64,000 bases of DNA from a virus: the IMG/VR virus record IMGVR_UViG_3300045996_002337, positions 239,971 to 303,970 of that record. One strand, given 5' to 3'. Made by a program: the position numbers and the translations under genes. The notes under the pieces were generated by a model. The model was given only the letters and a program-made list of their open reading frames with translations. It did not search any database and was not told the origin of the DNA. Below are positions 8,553-17,490 of the stretch, one piece after another. Every line of letters begins with the position of its first letter. The stretch's first letter is position 1.

Positions 8553-8640
8553 TTGAACGACGGGATTCGAACCCGCACATTGCGCCGGTGATTAGCCGGT
8601 GCTAAGTATACCAATTCCTCACGTTATGCAAACACGTTCA
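8553..8640 (-). tRNA. tRNA-like (T-arm gcgggTTCGAATcccgt; acceptor and anticodon ambiguous)
   Basis: T-arm and D-like gaattggtatac present. A possible 5' acceptor ttgaacg pairs with the 3' cgttcaa only if the gene is 89 nt. Confidence 0.3.
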
Positions 8641-8695
8641 ACAAAATCAACCATGCGCGGCTACCAATTACGCCACGAGTGCATTAAAACAAGAG

Positions 8696-8829
8696 CAACA
8701 AAGGGCGATAACGAAAAGCCTTTCGGCGAGCCGGCTGCCTTACCACTTGGCGACTATCAATTGCTCGATAGGTAGGATTCGAACCTACGTTTAGCTGGAT
8801 AGATAATCATCATCAACGGTTGCTAATTC
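8696..8829. repeat. R2: second copy of the diverged 134-bp direct repeat (T-arm ggattcgaacctac)
   Basis: Aligns with 5469-5602 at about 70% identity. Too short between its T-arm (8771-8790) and the next tRNA (8832) to hold a full tRNA. Confidence 0.6.
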
Positions 8830-8831
8830 TG

Positions 8832-8905
8832 TGGTGCCCCGTGGGTGAATCGAACACCCGACACCGGGTTACAAAGCCAGTGTTATACCACTTAACTAAC
8901 GGGGC
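8832..8905 (-). tRNA. tRNA, anticodon loop tttgtaa (TGT, Thr-like)
   Basis: Acceptor gccccgt/acggggc, D-arm tagttaagtggtataac, T-arm gggtgTTCGATTcaccc, encoded CCA. Terminal C-C mismatch in anticodon stem. Confidence 0.6.
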
Positions 8906-8931
8906 AAAATTTGATATGCAAAAGTGTAACC

Positions 8932-9008
8932 TGGAGTGCGAGGCCGGAATTGAACCGATGCGTCTCTTGTTTTGCAGACAAGCGGAAGGACCACTCTCCC
9001 ACTCGCAC
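8932..9008 (-). tRNA. tRNA-Cys(GCA)
   Basis: Acceptor gtgcgag/ctcgcac, anticodon arm cttgt-ctGCAaa-acaag, T-loop TTCAATT, encoded CCA. Confidence 0.7.
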
Positions 9009-9153
9009 ATAAAAATTGATGATCGTGAAGAGCTTTCCGAGGTGCGTCCCATGTCTATTAGGTCTAAGCATTCCCCTCGGCAATTCGTGGATTCCCCTTG
9101 CAACTTTTCGAGGGTTGCAAGCTCTTCTTGGCGCCGTCACTTACGATCAAACT

Positions 9154-9246
9154 TGGCGGAGACGGTGAGACTCGAACTCACACACCCATTTCTGAGCCTT
9201 CTGCTTTCAAGGCAGCTGCCGCTATGCCGATTCGGCTAACGTCTCC
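9154..9246 (-). tRNA. tRNA-Ser(TGA)
   Basis: Acceptor ggagacg/cgtctcc, anticodon loop ctTGAaa, long variable region, T-arm gtgagTTCGAGTctcac, encoded CCA. Confidence 0.7.
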
Positions 9247-9251
9247 ATATT

Positions 9252-9327
9252 TGGTGGAGGCGACAGGGATCGAACCTGCGACCTGATGCTTGCAAAGCAC
9301 CTGCTCTCCCAGCTGAGCTACACCCCC
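9252..9327 (-). tRNA. tRNA-Ala(TGC), second copy
   Basis: G3:U70, D-arm tagctcagctgggagagc, anticodon arm ggtgc-ttTGCaa-gcatc, T-arm gcaggTTCGATCcctgt, encoded CCA. Confidence 0.8.
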
Positions 9328-9344
9328 GTTATTCATTGAACTCA

Positions 9345-9436
9345 TTTGGATAGGACTCGAACCTACACGAGGACCTCGCGGTTTGCTCTGCTCCTACTAC
9401 GGAGCCGCGTCTACCAATTCCGCCAGCTTCAGAGTT
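9345..9436 (-). tRNA. tRNA-Leu-like, degenerate (Leu-type D-arm tggcggaattggtagacgcg; 3' acceptor does not pair)
   Basis: D-arm identical to bacterial tRNA-Leu. Anticodon region ctccgTAGtagg. T-arm gtaggTTCGAGTcctat. The 5' ctgaagc has no complementary 3' strand. Confidence 0.35.
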
Positions 9437-9584
9437 CGCCGGGGTAATTAAGCCCGACAGCTGCTAGAAGGAGCGACCCTCTTCGCGACATTTGTTTTGC
9501 TCTGAACTCCGGGTTTTCTCCGGCAAAGGTTCCAGCTTCGGCAGTAAAGATACTCTTTCCAACGTCAGGCCAGACAGCATTCAA

Positions 9585-9680
9585 GCTGAGGGGAATCGAA
9601 CCCCCAATCGGATTTTTCTCACATAACGTGTCAGTTAGGTCCTAGTCCTGGACGACTGCTATTTCCCCTTCACGCTGATG
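9585..9680 (-). tRNA. tRNA-like fragment (T-arm gggggTTCGATTcccc only)
   Basis: Strong T-arm. No pairing acceptor found. Confidence 0.25.
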
Positions 9681-9811
9681 TCTGCTAGTTCAGAGCAAAA
9701 CAAACATGTTGAACAGTTTCATCCGTAGGATAACTGAAAACCTACCACCGCGGGTTGCATCCCGTTTCTCTTCGTGTATGGTGACACTAGCTGATGCTAA
9801 TCAGCACGTAT

Positions 9812-9901
9812 TGGTGGATGCTGTCCGAATCGAACGGACCTTAATGCTCAAAGCATTCATAAGCAAGTAACTTATGCCCACTCGTACCAACTACCACATC
9901 C
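9812..9901 (-). tRNA. tRNA, type II (long variable hairpin), anticodon unresolved (loop ttacttg)
   Basis: Acceptor ggatgtg/agcatcc, T-arm gtccgTTCGATTcggac, encoded CCA. Two internal hairpins (cataag/cttatg and aatgc/gcatt). Confidence 0.55.
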
Positions 9902-9906
9902 AATAC

Positions 9907-9982
9907 TGGTGGACCTAGAGGGAATCGAACCCTACCCACAGATCACTTGCAAGGCGATCCGGCAACCCCAATGCTTAAGCCC
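9907..9982 (-). tRNA. tRNA, Ala-like (G3:U70; anticodon loop ctTGCaa)
   Basis: Acceptor gggctta/taggtcc with G3:U70, anticodon stem atcgc/gtgat, T-arm tagggTTCGATTccctc, encoded CCA. Confidence 0.5.
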
Positions 9983-10102
9983 ATGTTGAATCAGGAATTC
10001 TTGTCAGCGTCCCGACTGAATAGGCAAGAAATCGAATCTTGCAATACCGATCCTTGTAGATCGTCGCTGTCCCATTCGCGTTCTATTCAGAACTCCTAAA
10101 CT

Positions 10103-10186
10103 TGGTGGTGTCGGCTGGATTCGAACCAGCGCGTCCTAGGAATCGGGTTTACAATCCGACGGTTTCAGCCACTCACCCACGACACC
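10103..10186 (-). tRNA. tRNA, type II, anticodon loop ttGTAaa (Tyr-like)
   Basis: Acceptor ggtgtcg/cgacacc, long variable arm ttcctaggacgcg, T-arm gctggTTCGAATccagc, encoded CCA. Confidence 0.6.
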
Positions 10187-10207
10187 AATATTCTTTCTAC
10201 CATTTCT

Positions 10208-10310
10208 CTATGCACAGGGATAGGACTTGAACCTATCATAACCCGTTCCGGGAATCGAACCCCTTCCGCGAGGATGCGTCCAAGCGTGTACCCCAGTACT
10301 GACTCTATGC
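10208..10310 (-). tRNA. tRNA-like element with two T-arm motifs, flanked by 12-bp direct repeats (ctctatgcacag)
   Basis: gggaatcgaacccc and ggacttgaacctatc. Direct repeat at 10208-10219 and 10298-10309. Confidence 0.25.
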
Positions 10311-10319
10311 ACAGAAAAA

Positions 10320-10394
10320 TGGTACCTCCTGACGGTATCGAACCGCCGACCCGCTCCGTGTAAAGGAGCCGCTCTACCACTGAGCTAAGGAGGC
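10320..10394 (-). tRNA. tRNA-Val(TAC)
   Basis: D-arm tagctcagtggtagagc, anticodon arm gctcc-ttTACac-ggagc, T-loop TTCGATA, encoded CCA. Confidence 0.8.
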
Positions 10395-10825
10395 AATGTG
10401 GATCGGATATTGTGCCTTCGACAGTTCCTCCATTACAGAGGCAGTCTCATTTGCTTGATACCGATCCAGATTTTACGTTGAATTTACGACGAGTTAGTCC
10501 TTAGCCGATCGTACCTTGCGGTCTCCACGGTCTCTTACTGGTCCGCGAGCTCTGACGAGCATTACAGCGGCTGACAGCAGTGAGTCTTAGTCTCAACGGT
10601 TCGTCAGAACCTCAGAGAACTTTCGTCGCTTTCAACGTAAGTTGTTGGCATTCCAAATTGTTAAAGAGCACCTAATGCATAACAATCTACTGACTTTGCT
10701 TTTTCAGCAAGGACTTAGTTTAAGTCGTCCTAGTCTCCACATCTTTTTAACACAAGTCCTGTGGTTGCTTGTGAGTTATGCACTAAGTTTTAAAGAACGT
10801 TTCGGTTTGTTTAACCGATGAAGCT

Positions 10826-10854
10826 ATTATACAACAGCTTCCGAATTTTGTACA
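10826..10854 (-). promoter_or_regulatory. sigma70-like promoter P1 (TGTACA-N17-TATAAT on minus strand) within a 70-bp direct repeat
   Basis: Minus strand reads TGTACAaaattcggaagctgttgTATAAT (extended -10 TGtATAAT). Points into the tRNA array. Confidence 0.55.
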
Positions 10855-11041
10855 CTGATTTTGCAATCAGCATTGTTGAACTCTACCGGCTTTCACTGTT
10901 CCGATTTCTCGGCTTCAGCTTCCCCAATTTATGGTTTTTCCGATTAGTTCCCCAATCCTTGGCTTTTGCTTCAGGCTCTAAGGGGAACTGTTGTCCAACA
11001 AATTTTTAAAGAACATTTCGGTTTGTTTAACCGATGAAGCT

Positions 11042-11070
11042 ATTATACAACAGCTTCCGAATTTTGTACA
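11042..11070 (-). promoter_or_regulatory. sigma70-like promoter P2, second copy of the 70-bp repeat
   Basis: Near-identical to P1 (10788-10856 vs 11004-11075). Confidence 0.55.
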
Positions 11071-11232
11071 ATGATTTTTCAATCATTGCGTTTTTATTCT
11101 GCCAGCTTCATCCACTCTCAAGGAACCCTATCTGGCTGGAAGACCATGCGTACTAACGGGTGGCTCTCCGATCGTTTACCCACTTAAGGGATATTGTGAT
11201 TTGGTTTCCCTCTTCTACAACCGATGAAGCTA

Positions 11233-11269
11233 TTGTATCACAGCCTTACGACTTGTACACAGCTAATTT
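11233..11269 (-). promoter_or_regulatory. sigma70-like promoter P3 (diverged copy; TGTACA-N16-TACAAT)
   Basis: Third copy of the ccgatgaagctatt...tgtaca block. Confidence 0.4.
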
Positions 11270-11509
11270 GTAACCAGATACAACAAAGGGTCCAATCTTT
11301 CGAGAGGACCCTTTGGAGTAAGTTCATTCAACTTTTATCCTTGGGTCCCCTTACGTGTATACACGGCGGGCACGAGCGCGGAGCTACCTGATCCAGGTAG
11401 GCATACGGCGGTCAATGTAAGCAGTGCGTTCACGGAAGTTTAATCCTTGGTTTGGTTGTGTAATTCTATATATGCGTTTCGCCAGAAAGGCGAAGTTTCA
11501 TCAACCTGT

Positions 11510-12163
11510 TTAATCAAGTCGCAGGTCAATGATGCGCCGCGACTTGAGCTTTGGATGGGCTCCACGGTAGAAGCCACCCTCGTAAGGCATGTCTTCGAAG
11601 GTGGCGTAGAAGTCTTCGTTCACTTCAACGACGAGGCCCATGAATGAGTATTTTTGAAACTGCTCACGAGTTGCATTGAAGATCTTCTCATGGCCATCAT
11701 CGTCCATGTCGAAGTCCAATCCGAACGTTTCTTCAAATTGTTTGTCAAAGTCTTGGTTGAAGATTTCTTCATCAAGCCACGCATCGAAACCGATGATGAG
11801 CTTGTTGCCACGCGCGCTGTAACCGACGTAAACTTCCTGGGCCTCAGTGACTGGATAGTCAACATCGTATTCACCGTGCTCGTCAATGTCGGCCACGGTG
11901 CCGTCAAGCTCAAGGCGGATATTAACCGTACTCGATTCGTCCTTTAGAAGGGCTTCAGCTTCTGCGATGGCACGCTCGAGGGCGGGCCCGTATTCTCCGC
12001 TCTTCGTGAAGACAGCTTCGCCACCAAACATCAGGCGACCACTCTTTGCCAGAGTTCTAGCTGCCTTCTCGTAGGTGTTGGGGAAGTACTTGGTCAGTTC
12101 CTTGAGCTCGATGGGTTGGCCAGCAGGAGCTTCTTCTCTGATGATAATGTCGGTAAGTTTCAT
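11510..12163 (-). CDS. hypothetical acidic protein
   Basis: 217 aa ORF, dominant strand. Confidence 0.55.
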   Translation of the reverse strand: MKLTDIIIREEAPAGQPIELKELTKYFPNTYEKAARTLAKSGRLMFGGEAVFTKSGEYGPALERAIAEAEALLKDESSTVNIRLELDGTVADIDEHGEYDVDYPVTEAQEVYVGYSARGNKLIIGFDAWLDEEIFNQDFDKQFEETFGLDFDMDDDGHEKIFNATREQFQKYSFMGLVVEVNEDFYATFEDMPYEGGFYRGAHPKLKSRRIIDLRLD

Positions 12164-12231
12164 AGGTGTCCAATGAAGAAAGGGTCGATCAGTTATTTAT
12201 ACCGATCGACCCTTTAGTTTCTAGAAAGCGT

Positions 12232-12459
12232 TCAGAACAACTGATTGGTGATCGCTTCCGGCAGCCGGTCAATAAGATCGAGCACCTTGTCATCGCCTGC
12301 ATAGCCCACAGAGAAGCGGAGCTCTGTTGCCAGTTCCGTCGATGCCTTAAGCACCTCATCACGTGTTGGGTCCTTAGGGAGCTTTACCTGATTCAGGAGC
12401 TCCTCAAGTTGCAGAGCTACGTTTTGCGGGAGCGCGACGTAAATTTCAGCGAGATCCAT
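12232..12459 (-). CDS. hypothetical protein (75 aa; start at internal Met MDLAEIY)
   Basis: The longer ORF overlaps the upstream gene. The internal ATG abuts the upstream stop. Confidence 0.4.
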   Translation of the reverse strand: MDLAEIYVALPQNVALQLEELLNQVKLPKDPTRDEVLKASTELATELRFSVGYAGDDKVLDLIDRLPEAITNQLF

Positions 12460-12460
12460 T

Positions 12461-12763
12461 TTAGCCCTGCAGAATCTGTGAAGGTGCAGACGAGACGATC
12501 TGAAGGCCCGTGGTATTTTGGATGTAGTTGTCCTCAACGTCCTTGGGCACATCAAATCGTGCTACGATCGAATGCGCTTCCAAAGGAATCTTGCCTTCGG
12601 CGATGATCGTCCATGGGAAGAAGTTGACCATCAGACCTTGTGGGCCTTGAGACATTCTCAGCACCAGTGGGTCCTTTACGAGAACTCGCCCAACGTGATC
12701 TGTTTCGATCACGTTGGCAACGAGCTCTTCACCTGTTACGAGCTTGATTCCTTGGATTGGCAT
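12461..12763 (-). CDS. hypothetical protein (100 aa)
   Basis: ORF on dominant strand. Confidence 0.5.
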   Translation of the reverse strand: MPIQGIKLVTGEELVANVIETDHVGRVLVKDPLVLRMSQGPQGLMVNFFPWTIIAEGKIPLEAHSIVARFDVPKDVEDNYIQNTTGLQIVSSAPSQILQG

Positions 12764-12772
12764 ATTTCCTGC

Positions 12773-13357
12773 TTAGAAGTTATACGAAACGCCGGTCGTG
12801 AGACCGTTTGAAACGAGATCAGCCTGACGCGTGTGGGCGAAGCCAGCGCGGAGGGCGATGGTCTTTGTCACAGCGTAGTCAACGCCGACGGTGTAGCGGT
12901 TTTGGTTTGGTGTGTCGCTGTTCAGGCCATTGCGGTGACGATAGCCAACGAAGCCGTTCAGCGTTGTGGAGACAGGCACGGCACCTTCAACACCGACGCT
13001 GGCGTACGATGCGTTGCCGGTGAAGCCACCACCATTTGGATCGATTTGGTTCAGGCGGCCGTAAGCAACACGGGCCTTGACGCCGTATTGACCAAAGGCG
13101 AAACCGTTACCATAACCAAGTTCGAAGCCATTGGCGTCGTCATGGTTGGATTCGCCCTGATAACGAGCGAGCAGCACTCCACCGTCAAAGGTGCCAAAAC
13201 GGGTGTCTTGAGCAACCGAAAGTTTGACTTCATGTGCAGCATTGAAACCTTCGCCATTGGCGCGGTCAACGTCATATGAAAGGCCAACAACAGGGCCAGC
13301 AGCGGAGGCAGTAGCGGCGGCAAATGCCAGCGTAAAAAGCGCGAAAGTTTTCTTCAT
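12773..13357 (-). CDS. outer-membrane beta-barrel protein (Lom/Ail/OmpX-like)
   Basis: Signal peptide MKKTFALFTLAFAAATASA, alternating beta-strand pattern, C-terminal aromatic ...GVSYNF, size 194 aa. Confidence 0.55.
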   Translation of the reverse strand: MKKTFALFTLAFAAATASAAGPVVGLSYDVDRANGEGFNAAHEVKLSVAQDTRFGTFDGGVLLARYQGESNHDDANGFELGYGNGFAFGQYGVKARVAYGRLNQIDPNGGGFTGNASYASVGVEGAVPVSTTLNGFVGYRHRNGLNSDTPNQNRYTVGVDYAVTKTIALRAGFAHTRQADLVSNGLTTGVSYNF

Positions 13358-13378
13358 CGAGAGGTCCTCTTGTAGTTA

Positions 13379-13798
13379 TCATCCATAGAAATACCAGTCC
13401 AAAGCTTCACTGACGTTCAGCTCTTTTCCGGTGATTGATTCCTTAACGACAATAATGTCGCCAAGGCCAGTAGGGGTAAACGAGTAAGTCAACCCACCAC
13501 CAACAGCACCATAATATGGAGTGTCAGGTGAAATTGTATCAAACTGTTTCCCCTGAGCAGCCATGATTTCAGGACGAAGTGATTCGACCCATTCATCAAC
13601 CACGGCTTGTTCCGCTCTATTTAGCACAAATCGCGTTGCTTCTTTCTTGAATGCAGCACCGTATTTGCGCTTGAGTTCAAGTTCCTTTACTTCGCATTCC
13701 TTATCAAGGTCTGCAAAGATATGTGCGTGTGCTTTGACGACTGCGCGGGCTCTGTCAAGAGCCGTGAGTTGCTCAGTGTCGGGCGGCTTCTTGCTCAC
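13379..13798 (-). CDS. hypothetical protein
   Basis: 139 aa ORF. Confidence 0.5.
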   Translation of the reverse strand: MSKKPPDTEQLTALDRARAVVKAHAHIFADLDKECEVKELELKRKYGAAFKKEATRFVLNRAEQAVVDEWVESLRPEIMAAQGKQFDTISPDTPYYGAVGGGLTYSFTPTGLGDIIVVKESITGKELNVSEALDWYFYG

Positions 13799-14145
13799 AG
13801 CGCTTCTGGCTTCTTGTAGAAGGACTTGACGTTTGCAACTGTGAACGACCGCCAGCCCTCGCGATCAACTGCGTAGACATGAAGCAGGTGTTCTTGTTCG
13901 GGTCTTGCCTTCGTACCATCCTTTGCTGGAGGTAGAAGCTTCGGATCGAGGGTGGCTTCCATGATGGCGGGAGTACCGTCAACCTTGTTGAACTCCACGA
14001 CCCAAACGCCGTGCTCGAGCTTAGAACGGTAGTCTTCCTTCAGGCCGGCTGTGTTGCCTTGCCACTTGTCGAGTAGGATTTGGGCGATGCTGCTCACAGC
14101 GACTTCCCGGCGGCCTCGAAGACTGCATTCGTGAACTCCTCGCAC
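13795..14145 (-). CDS. hypothetical protein
   Basis: 116 aa ORF; 4-nt overlap with the downstream gene (operon-style). Confidence 0.5.
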   Translation of the reverse strand: MRGVHECSLRGRREVAVSSIAQILLDKWQGNTAGLKEDYRSKLEHGVWVVEFNKVDGTPAIMEATLDPKLLPPAKDGTKARPEQEHLLHVYAVDREGWRSFTVANVKSFYKKPEAL

Positions 14146-14291
14146 AGTGCGGCGAGTGCATCCTCGCTGAGGTCAGCAAGCTTAAGCGTCGGAAGAGGCT
14201 TCGCGCCGTCTTCCCTCTTACCAGCCGGCATGTCGATCGTGACTTCAGTTGGTACTGGGAAGGGCTTCAGTGTTAGGTTGATCGTTGCCAT
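14094..14291 (-). CDS. hypothetical small protein
   Basis: 65 aa ORF. Confidence 0.35.
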   Translation of the reverse strand: MATINLTLKPFPVPTEVTIDMPAGKREDGAKPLPTLKLADLSEDALAALCEEFTNAVFEAAGKSL

Positions 14292-14796
14292 TGGGTTCTT
14301 TCATTTCGTCGATGTTGAGGATTCGGCCTTTGACTTGAAGGTTGGGCCATTCGAATGTCTCATTGTATACCGCATCGTCGAGGAGAACAACCTCAACGGA
14401 GGTTTGACCACTCTTCCACATGTGACGCATGTTCAAACGAAAGGCCTCGTGCTTTCCCCAGAAGTCGGACATGTCCGAGAAGGTCAAGCTGTCTTGTGCA
14501 AGCCCCAAGACCCTGCAACAGGTTGGTAGGATTTCACCGTCAACAGTGGGAACTTCCGTGAAGCTCATCCCCAAAGCACGCTCAATCATTGCCCTAGTTC
14601 CCATGTTAAAGCGTTCGCGCTGGGCTTCATCCCAGATCGCGAACGAAAACACATGCATGAAATGTGGCTTGAAATCGGCAATGAAGGATTTTATCTTTGC
14701 AACATTCTTGAGGCGCGTGTTGAACCAGCCATCAATCACCGGCGAAATGATTGTATCTTCGAGATCGAGGAAAAGATGGCGTACCGGTTCAGTCAT
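14245..14796 (-). CDS. hypothetical protein (N-terminal LFLDLEDTII resembles a hydrolase motif but is not a canonical HAD DxDxT)
   Basis: 183 aa ORF. Confidence 0.45.
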   Translation of the reverse strand: MTEPVRHLFLDLEDTIISPVIDGWFNTRLKNVAKIKSFIADFKPHFMHVFSFAIWDEAQRERFNMGTRAMIERALGMSFTEVPTVDGEILPTCCRVLGLAQDSLTFSDMSDFWGKHEAFRLNMRHMWKSGQTSVEVVLLDDAVYNETFEWPNLQVKGRILNIDEMKEPNGNDQPNTEALPSTN

Positions 14797-15101
14797 TTCA
14801 AATTTGCAAATTTTCCATCAGCGATCGTGTCTTGACATTTCGAAAGTGAAATTTTTAGGCCTTCGATGATGGTTGATGCAATGTGCTCTATCAGCCCAGG
14901 GTGCTTCTGAAGTTCCGCATCCAGCCCGGCATTTATGGCTGCCAATTGCGGACTTTCAAGGAACGCTTTTGCCGCTTCTTTCAATTCGCTGGCCGTCGCA
15001 GGGTTACGCTCAAGCAAAAAATGGCCCCAAATCAGTGTCACCTCATCGTAAAAATTCACGATCGTTGCTTGGACACTTTTGATTTTTTCTTGATTTGTCA
15101 T
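14793..15101 (-). CDS. hypothetical protein
   Basis: 102 aa ORF, 4-nt overlap with neighbour. Confidence 0.5.
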   Translation of the reverse strand: MTNQEKIKSVQATIVNFYDEVTLIWGHFLLERNPATASELKEAAKAFLESPQLAAINAGLDAELQKHPGLIEHIASTIIEGLKISLSKCQDTIADGKFANLK

Positions 15102-15409
15102 TAAATCTTCAGGTTTTTACTCAGCTCATTGAGCTTGGCCATCTCAGCCTTCGTTGCCTTCTCACCGGGGATCAAGCACATTTGCGCAAGATCTTTTGTC
15201 ATCATTCGAAGGCCAGCTTCGCTGAGCTTTGAAGCCACAACAACTTTTTGTGCCGTCGGGGTGGTGTCAATTTGCGTGAAGAAAACGTACTGTGCACCGC
15301 TCCCACGTTTGGGAGCTGGGTAGAAGGCCTCAGTGAAGAGGCCGTTCGCCATCGGTGTGAGCTTTGCACGGTACCAAAGTCGTTGTTCGATTTGCTTTTC
15401 GTGTTTCAT
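15101..15409 (-). CDS. hypothetical protein
   Basis: 102 aa ORF. Confidence 0.5.
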   Translation of the reverse strand: MKHEKQIEQRLWYRAKLTPMANGLFTEAFYPAPKRGSGAQYVFFTQIDTTPTAQKVVVASKLSEAGLRMMTKDLAQMCLIPGEKATKAEMAKLNELSKNLKI

Positions 15410-15489
15410 TGTGAGGAGCCGTGTTGTTGAGAGGGCTCCTTATCACATGAGTTGATTATAACACAACCTGAGGGCGATTCGAGAGAAGT

Positions 15490-15978
15490 TTAATCAGGTT
15501 GTTTCTGCTCTTCAATCAGCGGGACCGCTTCCTTTGGAGCCGGCTCAGAGAGCTGAATTACCCGTGGGGCGTATGTCGACTGCGGCCGAGCCTCAATTTC
15601 AATGGTCAGGAGACCATACTTGAGTTCGGCACGCTTTACATCAAGACCTTCAGCAAGTTTGAATAGACGCTTGAAGCTGCGCCCCGCAATGCCCTGCGTG
15701 ATTGACTCACGTTCTTGTTTTTCTGCGGTGTTCTGTTGCCCCTTAATCGTGAGCTCGCGCTGGTGCTCATCGAACTCAATGGTGATGTCCTCTTCCTTGA
15801 AGCCCGCAACTGCGACCTCGATGGTGTAGTTGTCACCGTCTTTGAAGATATTGATTGGAGGAAAGTGGTCGCGTTGTCCGCCGAAGGCGGTACCTGGGTT
15901 CAGGAGGAAATCCAGCTCAGCAAAGAGCGGGTCAAAACCGAGGTGGGTGGAGGCGAGTTTGGAAAAAATTGGATGCAT
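15490..15978 (-). CDS. small heat-shock protein (Hsp20/alpha-crystallin family)
   Basis: GDNYTIEVAVAGFKEEDITIE...LTIKG...LKYGLLTIEI matches the alpha-crystallin domain pattern. Confidence 0.65.
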   Translation of the reverse strand: MHPIFSKLASTHLGFDPLFAELDFLLNPGTAFGGQRDHFPPINIFKDGDNYTIEVAVAGFKEEDITIEFDEHQRELTIKGQQNTAEKQERESITQGIAGRSFKRLFKLAEGLDVKRAELKYGLLTIEIEARPQSTYAPRVIQLSEPAPKEAVPLIEEQKQPD

Positions 15979-16087
15979 AGTACACTCCTTCTTTGAAGCA
16001 AGTTAATTACATGGGCCCCGAAGCGACCCTCTACCAATGCGGACCCGAAGCATCCGCATTGGTATTTATAACATGAACGTTGGAATT

Positions 16088-16627
16088 TTATGCAGAAAAT
16101 TCAGGATGTTTCTGTGGCAATTGATTGATAAGTTTTCGACCCAACTTGTTAAGCGCTTTCCATTTGATCTTGAATGAAGTGCTCTCGATGCCACCAAACA
16201 TAGAAGCGTTCGCATGAAGTTCGGCGAGGGCAGTCAAAAGAAGAGCAGGAGCCAGGTCAATGCGATCATATGTGTCAGCTTCGGCAGGCTTAAGCAGGTG
16301 CATATCCATGTCGCGAGCGATCAGCTCAGCAATTGTAGGATCACCCCCATTCACGCGCCAGATAGAGGCGCTGATCCTTGCGTGGTCTGGGAAATGCCGA
16401 CGACCTTCATCATCAATGGTCAAGCAGTATGGTTTTCCACAATCGTGATAGATGTGGTAAAGTTCCATCGTCTCCAGATCTGGGCACAGGTTAATCAGCT
16501 CAGGATCAAACCAATCTGGCAGTTTCCACCCCAGCTTACGTTCACCAATCAGGTCCTTAAAGTACGTAGCCACCGATTCACCGTGTTGGAGAATGGTTTG
16601 GCCGGGCGTTTGGTAACATGAAGACAT
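16088..16627 (-). CDS. HD-domain phosphohydrolase (minimal, 179 aa)
   Basis: H...HD...D motif (QHGES, YHIYHDCGKP, IARDMDMH). Confidence 0.6.
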   Translation of the reverse strand: MSSCYQTPGQTILQHGESVATYFKDLIGERKLGWKLPDWFDPELINLCPDLETMELYHIYHDCGKPYCLTIDDEGRRHFPDHARISASIWRVNGGDPTIAELIARDMDMHLLKPAEADTYDRIDLAPALLLTALAELHANASMFGGIESTSFKIKWKALNKLGRKLINQLPQKHPEFSA

Positions 16628-16654
16628 CTTCTCACGAAGAGCCTCGAGCTTTCC

Positions 16655-16690
16655 GGCGGCTATCTAGCAACTAATGCTATAATTGTTGGC
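16655..16690. repeat. 30-bp exact repeat copy A (gctatctagcaactaatgctataattgttg), upstream of the HD gene
   Basis: Identical to 40197-40230. Contains palindrome tagca-N5-tgcta and a TATAAT. Confidence 0.7.
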
Positions 16691-16695
16691 GCTGT

Positions 16696-17103
16696 TCATG
16701 CTTGCTCCAGTTGTGCGTTGATTTCTGCGAGTGCGGTGGCGTGTCGAATCACCTCATTTTGGACACCGAAAAGTTTAGCTTCGGTCTCACGCTTTGCTTT
16801 CTCCAGCTTCCACTTGTGGGCAGCTTTCAAAGGATTTTCTGAGTCAACGATGAATGAGGGAATCCGATACTCACTCGTCTGTGAGCATCCACGTGATGAC
16901 CAAGAGGTTTCAATTACGATCCACTTTTGGCCGTTTGATGTCCGCTCATCGATGCTCTCAACGCAGTCGCGCATCAGGCTGCCAACGCCGGCAGCATTCA
17001 GGACCTCTGACATTGCAGGCTTGAACTCGTCGATGTTTGGGTGCTTATAGGTGTCGATCTGCTGCTTGGCATCCTCAAGCAGTTCGCGAAGTTTGGTGGT
17101 CAT
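16696..17103 (-). CDS. hypothetical protein
   Basis: 135 aa ORF. Confidence 0.5.
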   Translation of the reverse strand: MTTKLRELLEDAKQQIDTYKHPNIDEFKPAMSEVLNAAGVGSLMRDCVESIDERTSNGQKWIVIETSWSSRGCSQTSEYRIPSFIVDSENPLKAAHKWKLEKAKRETEAKLFGVQNEVIRHATALAEINAQLEQA

Positions 17104-17348
17104 GCTTGTTCCTTAAAGAGTGTTTCGAGGTTAATGGGTTCAGACGTGTACTCGTAATCACCGCAGCCGATGTAGTTCCTATATGTCGCGGTCAAGTGCT
17201 CAAGGTCGGTCTCAAAGAGGTGGCAGATTGTGTACTGTTCGGGATCGTAATAATCAGGGACCCGAATCTCCTTTGGCAACTTTTCCTGCACGACCTTGCT
17301 GAGTTCGAGGAAGTCACCGTGAATTTTCTTGGCTTGATCGTAGTTCAT
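17100..17348 (-). CDS. hypothetical protein
   Basis: 82 aa ORF, 4-nt overlap. Confidence 0.5.
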   Translation of the reverse strand: MNYDQAKKIHGDFLELSKVVQEKLPKEIRVPDYYDPEQYTICHLFETDLEHLTATYRNYIGCGDYEYTSEPINLETLFKEQA

Positions 17349-17490
17349 TTTTGGTCCTGGGTAGGGAGGCGCCAGAGCTGAAGGCCCTTCATGAGGTGCC
17401 GCTTAGATTCTGGGAGGATGCACGCGATTGCGGTGAGACCCCAGTCCTGGTACGGTTCGTGGAACTCGGCAGTCTGAATACCGGCATCGT

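Noticed and set aside
10780-11280. CRISPR array or origin-type iterons, suggested by the repeated 70-bp blocks.
   Set aside because: Only 2-3 copies. The repeats are 70 bp with variable 140-220 bp spacing. Each contains a -35/-10 pair, so they are better explained as duplicated promoters. No cas genes are present.
12461-12763. GroES or Hfq/Sm-like fold for the 100-aa protein.
   Set aside because: No GroES or Sm signature residues could be aligned by eye. A clearer GroES-like gene exists at 54659-54982.
14245-14796. HAD-family phosphatase call for this protein (possible Pnkp-like partner of the RNA ligase).
   Set aside because: The N-terminal LDLEDT does not match the HAD DxDxT motif. Kept as hypothetical.
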